Of a DNA stretch of 64,000 nucleotides, positions 40,528 through 51,500 are shown in pieces. Position numbers and translations under genes: made by a program. The notes under the pieces were generated by a model. It made no database searches and had not been told where the DNA came from. It was given only the letters and a program-made list of their open reading frames with translations. This DNA is from Blasia pusilla. Its lineage: Eukaryota. The stretch lies in assembly GCA_050084515.1 (NCBI GenBank), contig CM114271.1, positions 30,938,001 to 31,002,000 on the forward strand. Direction: 5' to 3'. The first letter of the stretch is position 1, and each line of letters opens with the position of its first letter.

Positions 40528-41110
40528 TATCGTGCGAATCCACATTGTCATACAACGTACATCGCTGACATACCATACTCACATACATACATAACATAGA
40601 CGAGAGCATCCACAAACACAAGTGTACCACAACTGAAATCCGTGAAAGACCTACTGTCATAAAACACGTATAGAATCACATACAATTGAGCCAAACCCAC
40701 TCCACGATGGGAGAATCCACGTTGAAGCTTGCGGGAACCACCATAGCCAAGAGCTCTACTCACTACCAAGGCTAACTCCCAACGCAACAGGCTCAACTCA
40801 AAGAACTAACTGTTCTTTGAGTGCACTCCACACTATATCCTCCAACCTAAGAGCGGGCCCTACTGGAAAAGTCACCCTCAACTAAGTAAACCCCAACCCT
40901 ATGTATGAAACCGCATCTCTACCTAGATACTACGGACCTACATAAGGTATGGCCTCTACTAGCACACTATACTCTACGACATAATCCGTATGGTCATGAC
41001 AACTGTCGTGCGAATCCACATCATCATACAACATACATCGCTCACATACCATACTCACAAACATACATAACATAGATGAGAGCATCCACAAACACAAGTG
41101 TACCACAACT
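40528..41110 (-). repeat. Element B 3' split repeat block B1-A2-B2
   Basis: A 107-bp unit occurs at both 40528 and 41004, flanking a 368-bp unit that recurs alone at 47653-48020. Confidence 0.93.
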
Positions 41111-41120
41111 CGCCCCCCTA
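41111..41120 (-). promoter_or_regulatory. Polypurine-tract-like G-run immediately upstream of repeat B1
   Basis: Sense-strand TAGGGGGGCG abuts B1. The same motif occurs in element A at 23743-23752. Confidence 0.65.
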
Positions 41121-41282
41121 ACTGGCGGTTAGGTCCCTCTAACTCCCAGAAAGCCCTATACATCTACTACATGCTATACACCTTCTTGGGTACACGAATC
41201 AGAAGGCCGGGTGCTAGGTTGCCCCATCGTTAGTCGCCCATCTATAATCCTTATCATGCAAAGATCAAGTCATCTACCTCTC

Positions 41283-42389
41283 CTAAGTACATCAAGGACA
41301 AACCCACCTTCCAGTAGGAACAACATCCATACGTGGAGTCAAACACATCATGTGCCAACCTCTAGAACACCGATCACACACCAACATACGAGCTGCGTTA
41401 CCAACAGACCCACACAACATGCACCTTAAGGTAGCACGTATCATGGCTAAGCTTGGGTCAACAATACCATCCATATTTGGAAGATGACATGGCGCACAAT
41501 TACGCACATGGTCCTTCCAAACAACTCCATCACGACCCTCCAACATGAGAACTCCAGAAGATAACACCTCGCGCACTTGTAAAATAGTGCGGCTTGCCGT
41601 CACATCCAACGTTGTCGATGCAATCTGCTGCAAATAGACATAGTTCCCCATATGGAACCTATGACTCGATGGTCGATAACCTCCACCCCGAATGGTTGCA
41701 TACCGCAACGTATCCCTATGTTGAGCAATGGCAAGATTCTCAAAGGCTATTGGCATAACTCTCCGAAAGAGCTCTGCCCGCTGAGAACACACTCTCATCC
41801 ACATCTCTGGGTCATCAAGGTTCACCACCTCACTAGACTCTCGACGAATTGATGCAAGAAAGTCTGGATCTCGGCCGTATAACAAAAAATAAGATGAGAA
41901 GGAAGCCAAGGATGTTTGGCGACTGAACCTATACCCCATGGCTAACCATGGCAACTGAATATCCCAGTCTCCAAGATGCCCCTTCTGTAGGCCATACTTG
42001 CACAATGCCCTCTTCACCGTCTGAACCACACGCTCAGCCAAACCATCCGCCTCTGGATGATCTCGAGATGTGGTTTGATGATCAATCAACGCCTTGTCAC
42101 ACAAGACCTGAAACTCACCCTGAAACTATGTACCCTGGTCGGTCAGCACTTCAGCTAGTGCACCAAAATGACTAAGCACACTATCAGAAACGCATACGCC
42201 GTTCCCTCACTTGCCTTGTCAGGTAATGCCACCAATTCAATCCACTTGGAGAAGTGCTCCACCATCACCAACATATATCAATGATGTCGTACAGTCAACG
42301 GTAACAGTTCTGCAAAGTCCACACTCCAACGGTAACCCAACCCCATAATAGGCAAGGGGTGTAACTGTGGTGTAGGGGCATTGAATGAT
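41283..42389 (-). pseudogene. Element B integrase core + PHD finger
   Basis: PQLHPLPIMGLGYRWSVDF...; DHPEADGLAERVVQTVK; C4HC3 PHD CMLC...CDRC...WHMMC...WVCP*C (TGA likely from CGA). Confidence 0.9.
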
Positions 42390-42390
42390 G

Positions 42391-43325
42391 GTCAAAAAAT
42401 TCAGGTCCATGGCCTGACCCAACACATGACGTCGTGAAGCCTCAGAAATGGAAGCAACCGCTGTCACACCAGTAGCAAATCCCATCGCAAGCTCTCTCTC
42501 ATCAGCGTTAGGCTCCACCAACTATCGCACATGAGAATCCCATACAAGCTCGGGACCACCTTCCCTGTAGGCATGTGACGAGGGAAAACTCACAAATGTG
42601 GGTAGTGCCATCCTAGGCTGGCCCACACGGTTCACCACTGCCATGGATGACCGATCAATAACCCTCACCACTTTAGAAAGTTGCCCAGTATTCAAGATAC
42701 TATCCACTGTAAGGCAAGGATCCCGTTGCACTGCATCATATGCTCGACGTAGAACCTCCCTAGGCAACAATTTTTTCCACCACAAGCGTGGACGATGTGC
42801 ACGCGAGCCAACTCGCGCTGCATCCAACAATACCGCTGGTCCAATCCAAGACCGCACCTCATGAACACTCGCCATCATCCGGGTCCGAGTGTCACCCAAC
42901 AATGGAACATTCTCCAGAATGTAAGCACATGCCTGATGAACCTGAAGATGTCGTAACACCCGTAACATCTCCCAAAATAATCGAGACCTAGGGTCGTGGA
43001 ATCCCTCACCATGACCAGCACGTGTATGACCGTGACATGGCCATCCAGCAATCACCAAATCCACAGGACCAACCCTTTCAAGGTTCTGCGCCCCCAACAA
43101 TGCAATGTGTGACGGTAAAGCACGCTGGTACCCACGAATAGTTGATGGCGGCAACAACTCAAGATATCTCCACATCAAGTGACCAATATGTCGGGATGAG
43201 ACTCTCTGGGCCGTCTCATCTGGCTCCACATACACGTATCTCTGCGCAGGAATACCGGTCTGCAACACTGCAGCAAAACCAGTGCTAATCCCACCAAAGA
43301 GATCTAACACACAAATGCCCTCCGG
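42391..43325 (-). pseudogene. Element B C5 cytosine DNA methyltransferase domain (all catalytic motifs present; one internal TAG)
   Basis: I LDLFGGISTG; II YVYVEPD; IV DLVIAGWPC; V LFWEMLRVL; VI YILENV; VIII DAA...AHRPRLWW; IX-X ERELAMGF...RRHVLGQAMD. Motif order and wording are DNMT3-like. Confidence 0.93.
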
Positions 43326-46180
43326 CGGATACTACCATACAATGGATGTAGTATCCAAAGGGGATAACCCAACTGGACCAGAAGTAGGGGTCCGCCGTGG
43401 GGCCTCCTCTTCCTCGTGAGTTATAACAGCCTCACACCAAGCCTCATGCACTAGGCAATGAGCCTCTTTCCGTAGTGCACCGCCTGAACTCCCAAGTGGC
43501 ACATCCAACGACAAGGATGCCACTGCTGCAATACTAGGGACCTCCTCTACCTCCTCATGCACAAGAGAATCCATAGCAGAAAGATTACCCTCCAAAAAGT
43601 CTCCTGGCCAAGTGACTACTCCACTAAAACCAGCCATAGATGCTAACACCATTGGGCAAGACCCTCCTTGTCGAGCCCCATAAATAAATCTCACAGGAAC
43701 GTGGCTCATACATCCATCCCCGGACTGCCAACCAGGTCTATAAGACGCTGTCTCAGTCCAATAGTCCATCTGAAAACCCATCGGGTACAATAGTGCTCCT
43801 CCAACTAGTACATCATACGACTTGGCTGATGTGACCACTGTAGGTACTCCCAACCGGGAGCTATCAGTCGCATGATCTGGTCTCAACTGTACAGAGAACT
43901 TCTCCCGTGTCATGAATTGAGACCTATCATTGGCTCCTCCAAGTGATGTTTGAATCTGGAATGGGCAAGGCTCAAGCTCTGACCTCCGAATACCCAAACC
44001 AATACATGCCGCCTTTCCCAACATCAAAGGTTGGGCACCAGAGTCTAACAAGACTCTATTTGGTCTATACACCTGTCTTGTAGGACTCACCAATCGGAAT
44101 ATCCCACTCCGGTTGTCCAACATACATATACCAAGTGTAAGCCTCTCACGATCAATGGCTGGCCGGGCTAGTAATGCATCCATCTTTGCCGTTGCTGCTT
44201 GCCAAGTAGCACTGGTACTCAATGCTACACTTGACATAGAGGGTTGCTCCACCACAACACCCTCATCCACCTCAGCACGTGTAGCAATAACACCCCCATG
44301 TTCATACAACGTGGCTGCTAGCTGAAATACAGGAGCTAAGTCAACTCCTAAAGCCATCAGCTCCGTGGCCGAAAATAATGAGGATCCCAACATTGAAGTT
44401 GCCATCCGCAATATTGCACTAGATGATGCATCCGTGTCTACTACACGTGATGTAGATGCCTCAGTCCCCAATGTAGGCTCAATAGGCTGCGTAGGAACCA
44501 TGGATGAAGTCCTAAGCACCTCAAACAACAAGAATGACTGGGGAAGCCTAACCTGCCTCCGAGCCTCACCCCTCTATGGGTCCAACTCCATAGTAGCACC
44601 ACGTGGCTCTGACGCTTGAGTGGCTCCTCTCGTAACTCCATCTGATGCCTCAACCTATGCTGCACTCGCCATATAAGAGAGATCATCCCCTCCATAAGAG
44701 GTGGAAGCCCCTGCTCCCGAACCTGCTCTATGTTGGATACGAGCCATAGTAGCCAACTTCTGCTCCAACAACTCAATCGTGGCAGCCATAGCTGACTCTG
44801 TCGTAGTGGTAGGGGTAGCCACCGTAGGCTCTCCAAACACTGGTCCACCTCTACCACCTCGGCCTCTTGGAGCTACTCCACCATGGCCGCGGCCTGATCT
44901 CAACTCTAGATGAAGATCAAAGCAACGCTCTCGAGGATGACCTGGTCTCCCGCAATGATCACACTAAGTTGGGGCCGACTGAGGCCCATCCTCTTGGGGA
45001 CAAAACCTCCTAACATGATCACCTCCACATGTCCAACATGACTGTCCTTGCTCCGGGGCAGCAAATGAAGGCAATGGTCTCTCTGCAAGTGTCCCTCTAC
45101 GACCTGACTGAGGTCGTGTGTACCCCCCACGACTCTCACTACTACTACCACCACCACTACTGCGAGACTGTGAGGTGGACTGCTGAACACGAGAAGTAGT
45201 AGGTGTATCCCTACTGAATGTGGATGTCACCACTCTCTCCTCCACCATGTTAAGCTCAATCTTCTCAGATAGAGCAAACACATGGGTCAATGTGGGTGAA
45301 TCATCACTCATAAGAGTAGCATCACGTACCCTGCGGTGCAACTCTCTGTCCAAGATCCCATACCAAAACTGGACTTCCTGAGCCTCAGTCACACCTTGGG
45401 TAACTGAAATCAAGTGTCGCATACGAGTGTATGCCTCACAAAGACTCTTACCAGTCTTTCGCTCAAATTCTTGGAGACTCCTCAACTTCTCTGTCTTCAC
45501 TCCCTGATAGTTCTTCTTCAACCTCTTGAAGAACTCTGCAACCAGGCTGAATGATGGTGGGGCACTAGTACCTCCACTAGTACCCCCACTGGTATCTCCA
45601 TGGGTACGTCCACTGGTACTCCCACTTCGGCTCATACTTGTACCACTCAACCTCGGGCTGGCTTGCATAGTAGGAGCACTACTACAAATACCACCATGGG
45701 TGATAGACACATAACCTGGAGACCAATATTGTCTCCACACCTCAATCTGAGCAACATGGTCCTTCCTAAACTCATGGTTATCATCCATGGGTGGTCCCTC
45801 CAAGTGCTGAAACAACCCCTTCCAAGCCAAGAAGGGTGTAAACAACGTGGCGTTCCGCAACATCTGTATATCACACCACGTATCAAACTCTTGCATAAAG
45901 TCCTCCAACTCAATGGTGCCCACTGCACTCGAGTATCGTGTGGGCCCTTCATGGCCCCATATATCCTGTCCATGTCCCAAATCAATGGAGCTACAACACT
46001 CGATAACAACATAGAAGACTCGGTTTTTGGAACACCCTCATCCTCCTCTTCATCAACCGTCGGAAGTGGAAAAGGTAGCCGATACCTCAATCCACTTTGT
46101 GTAAAACCACCACTATCCACACCACGGTCCCCAACTACACCACTAGACAACTCCGTGATGACCAATGCCAATGCCGCACC
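43326..46180 (-). pseudogene. Element B gag (two zinc knuckles) and aspartic protease, in frame with the DNMT
   Basis: CWTCGGDHVRRFC and CDHCGRPGHPRERC knuckles; RVLLDSGAQPLMLG...YDVLVGG protease. ORFs 44964, 44655, 43332, 42522 and 42237 share one frame. Confidence 0.88.
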
Positions 46181-47652
46181 ACCACCAAATTACCACCACT
46201 AAGTAACCAAGTGACGTCGATGTCACTGTACTATTCTAGCTCTACTAGCTATGGGTATAGGCAACCTAACATGTCATCACCACAAGAAGCCTCCCACGGT
46301 CTACTGGTCATCACGCCAGCCTAACTACCGGTAGCACACAGGAGTAACACTACTCTGGAAATCAGCGTCAACCCTAACAATGGCGCGCAAGCAAGAAGCA
46401 ACGATGGAAGGGATCCAAACACAGGGAGTCCAACGACAAGCCTCCAATCGCAAATGGAAATCAAGGTAACACAATCCACCAAACATGGCGCCCCCTGAAT
46501 CCACAGAACCCACCACACAATTCTAACGCAATAGCTACTCTGCCGCGGGTTGATGATGTGCTAGTCGGACTCGCAGCACTTGAAAATATCACCTACATGG
46601 AGAGGCTACACTGTACTATGCGCTAGAGGTCCATCAACCAAAAACCTGAGATGCATAAAGCGCCTAACACATCTCCGAATAACACCAAATGAGCTACACG
46701 AGTGTGTACACTGGCATAGTTAAGAACTCAGCAGTTAAGCGTCTTCTAGGAAGAATAGCCCAAAGATGGGTGACCAGTTATGCAACACTCAAATCACAAA
46801 TCCTGCAAAAACTGCCTCACGCCCAAGCAAGCAAGCTTGCTCCTTACTCCGCCTCTCACGCCCACTCGCCCCGAGCTACCACGAGTTGCCTTGAAGCTTC
46901 GAAATGCTCAAGACATGCCCCGTTCGCCATGCTTCGCTATGGAGAGAGGCCCAACCAGGCTGCCCCCAACGGGATAGGCGTCTCCAACAACAGACGAATC
47001 ACCAACCAACCAGCCCCTCCGATCTGCTGTCCACCATAACCAGACCTTGAGCTAGTCCGCAAAATTTTGATCAAAAATTACTCCACAAATCCTCAACAAA
47101 AATTGAATCTATTTCAACCAGAATTCAATTGGCTACCATAGTTATCTCTCCACAAAAAATCAACTACAACAGAGCTCTGTACTCTGAGCTAAAAATCAGA
47201 CAAACTTGCTGTCCATACACCTCAAGAATCGCAAATCCGACAGCACTTCCGCCTAGATTCATGCACACAGAAATCCACAACGCTCCACACACTCAAGTAG
47301 ATAGCTTCACATGAGATCACAATACAAGTAGCAAGAGGAACCTCTCACCCAATCTGGATGAACTTCAACAGAGCTTCCGCACTCCAAGCTCTCCATATCA
47401 GAAAACCGTCGAACACGAAACAAAATCTTCAATCCTTGATAACTTCCAACTCCCTTGACAAAATCCGGCGATCTAAAGCGCGTTGGAAAGCTCTCAGCAA
47501 GACGCTTCTTTCCCAATCAACCACGCACTAGATTCCTACCTCCAGCATAGGCCACAAGCCACGAACATCCACGGCTGAGTACACAATCAGCCCTAACTAG
47601 ATCCTATTGATCCACAATCAAAGCTACCATCGATCTACTCTAGTTCTTTGAG

Positions 47653-48020
47653 TGAAATCCGTGAAAGACCTATTGTCATAAAACATGTATAGAATCACAT
47701 ACAATCGAGCCAAACCCACTCCACGAAGGGAGAATTCAGGTCAAAGCTTGCGGGAACCACCATAGCCAAGAGCTCTACTCACTACCAAGGCTAACTCCCA
47801 ACGCAACAGGCTCAACTCAAAGAACTTACTGTTCTTTGAGTGCACTCCACACTATATCCTCCAACCTAAGAGCGGGCCCTACTGAAAAAGTCACCCTCAA
47901 CTAAGTAACCCCCAATCCTATGTATGAAACCGCATCTCTACCTAGATACTACAGCCCTACATAAGGTATGGCCTCTACTAGCACACTATACTCTACGACA
48001 TAATCCTTATGGTCATGACA
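47653..48020 (-). repeat. Element B 5' repeat A1
   Basis: Near-identical direct copy of 40634-41001. It is not accompanied by a B unit. Confidence 0.93.
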
Positions 48021-48197
48021 CCCCCTTCCAACCCATCCCTTCATGTGTACATGATATTTATTTTGTATAGACAATAATTTAACACTTTCGGTGTTAAACA
48101 AGTGATATACCAAGAAATGACAACATTCATTATTATTTACACACAATCAATAATGTCCCCACATGATGGTTGAAATCCAAGTTGAGAGGGATTGGAG

Positions 48198-48528
48198 CAA
48201 GGTTGCACGGAAATGAGCAAGTCCAGACATGTTGACGGACATGCTTGGCCTGTATCTGAGCCCGCATCCAAGCCCGGTCAGAGCCCACCGCGTAGACGTG
48301 GGCTAATAGAGCCCGCACCCGTTGCGTGGCCCGCAACAAGTCTGCAGGGCGGGCTTGGCCCCCATTGGACGGGCTCAGGCCCGCACATGGCCCGCAAGGC
48401 GGGTTGGGGACAGGTTTCCAGCGGGCTTGGGTGCGGGCCGCGGGTCCCTGAGCACGGACATACATGTCCGTCCATTGGACGGACATGGACATGTTCGCAG
48501 ACACGGACTTTTTTTGTGTGCAACTCTC
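48198..48528. mobile_element. hAT-type MITE, copy 3
   Basis: TIRs CAAGGTTGCAC / GTGCAACTCTC; degenerate 8-bp TSD GATTGGAG / AATCGGAA; shares the GGACATGGACAT..CGC.GACAC.GACTT subterminal block with copy 2. Confidence 0.7.
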
Positions 48529-51500
48529 AATCGGAAGAAGAGTTTAGTAAATAAATTAAATTGAAACTGATTCTAAAATGAAGTGAAGATTGTAGAAAAA
48601 TGGTTAGTTGTGCGGGTCACAATCAAGCCGTCATGAGATCATAGTTTTTTTGCAAAAATATTTCCGCAAATTTCAAAACATCAACATTTCCCAAGAAAAT
48701 ACAAGTATTCTCAGCATCATTAAATCCCCAAAAAATGCCATTATCCCAAACAACAATAAATATTGTTGGTTTTCCTATTTCGACCTCCATTTTAGGCTTA
48801 TCTCTGAGCCTAAATAGACTTAGAACTCAGACCATTTATTAGGAGCTCCGACCCAACCACCGAAAATCAAAGTGAAAAATATCAAGAAATCAAAGTGGAA
48901 AATTGTAGTCCCACCAACCTAGGCCTCACTTGGTCATTTGTAGGGAAATGATCATTTACCGAGCAACGCTTGTCTCTAAGAGCCAGGTCTCATGGATGGC
49001 CGTAGAGGTTGCATTGACCTCATTTTTGCACCCAATTTTTTTTTCCGACGGAAAATCCAAGAAAACACACAAATTATTTGTAATAACCACCCGATATGTA
49101 TTACTCATGGTTTCCATGACGTCGCGCAGTGTCTATGCCCAAAAGTTCTGGGCGCAGAAAAAGTGGTGACCTCCCATTGTTGCTACGACCTCCCACCCAT
49201 GGGACCTTGCTCTAAAGAGGCATAGATGTTTCCTAGACAACGTCAATCATGACTATTGTGTCGACCAACTCTCTATGTCAAAAAATAGCAAACTTTACCA
49301 TATGTAGTGAATACCCAAAATGATGTCTACTTGTGCTCTTCCTACTAAGTTGTGCTCTTCCTTTCTGATAGTAAACCTTGAGAAGTTTAGGTCTCCACTA
49401 GGAACCCATATCAAGGCGTCTCATACAACATGAGGTAAGCGTAGGGACCTCTTTTGTGTCCTTGTTTGGAAAATGAGGATGACTTGTTACGGCCTTTACA
49501 AGTACAAGAAAAATTAAATCCCTTGTAGGGAGGGCGCCACATCCCAAATATTTTTCCTCAACAGCGAGACTAGCCACGACATTGTGCTTATGTGGTAAGC
49601 TAAGATACGTGATACTAGACTCCATTCACTCCGAGGTTCTCCCCTGATTAGGGTGGTTTTTTGTGCACGGCTTTGAAATGTCAGAGAGCTACCACCAGTT
49701 TCCCTCCTCTGTGATCGTGGTGTCGTGCGTGAAACTCTGCTGATTGATCAAACGTGCTTCTGTTTGAATTTTTTTCCCCACACCTTCCAAATGTCATAGT
49801 ACTACCGCGAGCTTCCCTTCTCTCTGATCTTCATTTCATTCGTGAAACTCTCCTGATTGATGGAACGTTTGATCCAATCTGCTTCTGTTTGATTGAATAT
49901 GTTTCCATCTGATTTTCAATCATTCGTTTGTTCGTGCAATGGCAAGGCCATGTGTTCGAGGCTACCATCACCATAGGCCGCAACTTCCTAGGCGCCATCT
50001 TCGCAATTTCCATACACAGAAGGCACCGCCATTTCTTTTCCATCTCCATTCGCAACTCAAAGCATTTACCTACGGTTTCCTTACATTCACTCTACAACAT
50101 ATTTCGTTGCGTGAGTTTTGTTGCGTGTTTCTACTTGTCCACTTGCTGCTCTTTACTCGAGTCTGACTCGTGGATAAGACTGCGACTTACTTTCTTACAT
50201 AGCCTGATATTGCTGATTATTCTCCGTCCGCTTGCACTCGTACTAGCACTCACTGTTGGCTAATTCTTCGTCTAGTAGTTGGATTCATAGTGTTTTATTT
50301 CCTCACCACTGCCTTTGCACTTCTTACTTGCCCTTGCAATTCGTCCGCTCGGTGGATGCCTCTGTTGGGAGTGATTCTAGGTAACACATCTGTAACTTCC
50401 CGCGTCCTTGCAACGTTTTCTATTTCGTTCTTAGCTTATGCTACAGGGACAATTTTTGTATCGTGGTCACGTTCTCTGTTACGAGTGCTCTTGACGGGTT
50501 CATCCCTTCCTTGAAACCTTGGATATTTTTCTTAGGGTTTAGTTTGGATGTTTTGGGATATGACGTTACTAACTCGTATGGTTTCTTGCCATTTTTCATG
50601 GACTCTTGCTCTTGAGTCTCCTCACCCGTGGTAGCACTGCATTTGCATCAAGATTCTTGCTTGGTAGCCAAAGGTTCTGCATGTGGCGTCGGGATTTCTC
50701 TCATGGAGAAAATCCTTTGCAACTGGATGATGTGAGCCGATCAGGGCACTGTTGGAGGAAAAATTGCACAAGTTGGGGAGTCGGTGCCCAAAATCTCTCT
50801 TTCGAATCTCTTCATTGGAACTCACCAAAATCGTTGACAAACAGCAAGAGTTTCTTGGGGTTCTTGGCATCCTAGATGCAATCTGCTTATGCCGGATTGA
50901 TCCTCCTTTTTTCTTGAGACCCTACCTGTCGTTGTTCTCGTTGTTTTTGTTGCTGTTGCTGCTGTTTCTCCTACTACAGACTCTCTCGATAGGAATTCTA
51001 AGTGGAAGTAGCCCATTAGCCATGGCATTCGCATCCATTGTGTCCTCCGCAGTGGGACAAGCTTTGCTTGAGAGAGGAATGCTTGTGCTTCTCTTCACTG
51101 CTCGTGTGTTCTTCCACAATTTCTATTTTGTTGCGGGACTACTTCACAAGCAGCCGTGACTAGAGACTTCCGGCACACCACTATTATGTTGGAACGAACA
51201 TACTCGTTTCAGTTGGTCCAGGCAGACATCTTCCTTGATCTTAGCCTTCATGTTGACGGTTGTGTTTGATACAATGCATGTCTCATTGTGATTCTGGTGC
51301 GACAACGAACCCTCCTGATCGTGCAACTAGCCTTTGGAGACGTTCACGTACTCAAGCTGCTTCTACTCTTCCTCGTTGATGGAGTTTGGGTAGCTCTACA
51401 CTATTGGTGGTGGCGATCCATGGTAGTGGGTTTCTTCGAGCTCTACATCTTGGTTCGCAGCACGGATACTCGCATTTTTGTAGTCTTCTACTTCTTGTTG

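Larger units (their letters stand above)
40528..48020 (-). mobile_element. Element B: Gypsy-like retrotransposon with C5-DNMT and PHD, split direct repeats; RT-RNaseH deleted
   Basis: A1 47653-48020 and A2 40634-41001 (both 368 bp); B1 41004-41110 and B2 40528-40634; termini TGTCATG... / ...CACGATA (B1 has CACGACA); flanks CCCA / CCCC (possible degenerate 4-bp TSD). Confidence 0.92.

Noticed and set aside
34700-43325. The two DNMT domains as host DNMT3/DRM genes or a bacterial restriction-modification system
   Set aside because: They are intronless, in frame with retroviral-type gag/protease and enclosed by element repeats. There is no cognate endonuclease and no prokaryotic context.
40528-48020. 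Classification as a DIRS/PAT/Ngaro element
   Set aside because: No tyrosine recombinase motifs seen. Protease, DDE integrase, TG..CA termini and a short TSD are present, and the methyltransferase is C5-type rather than the adenine-type found in DIRS.
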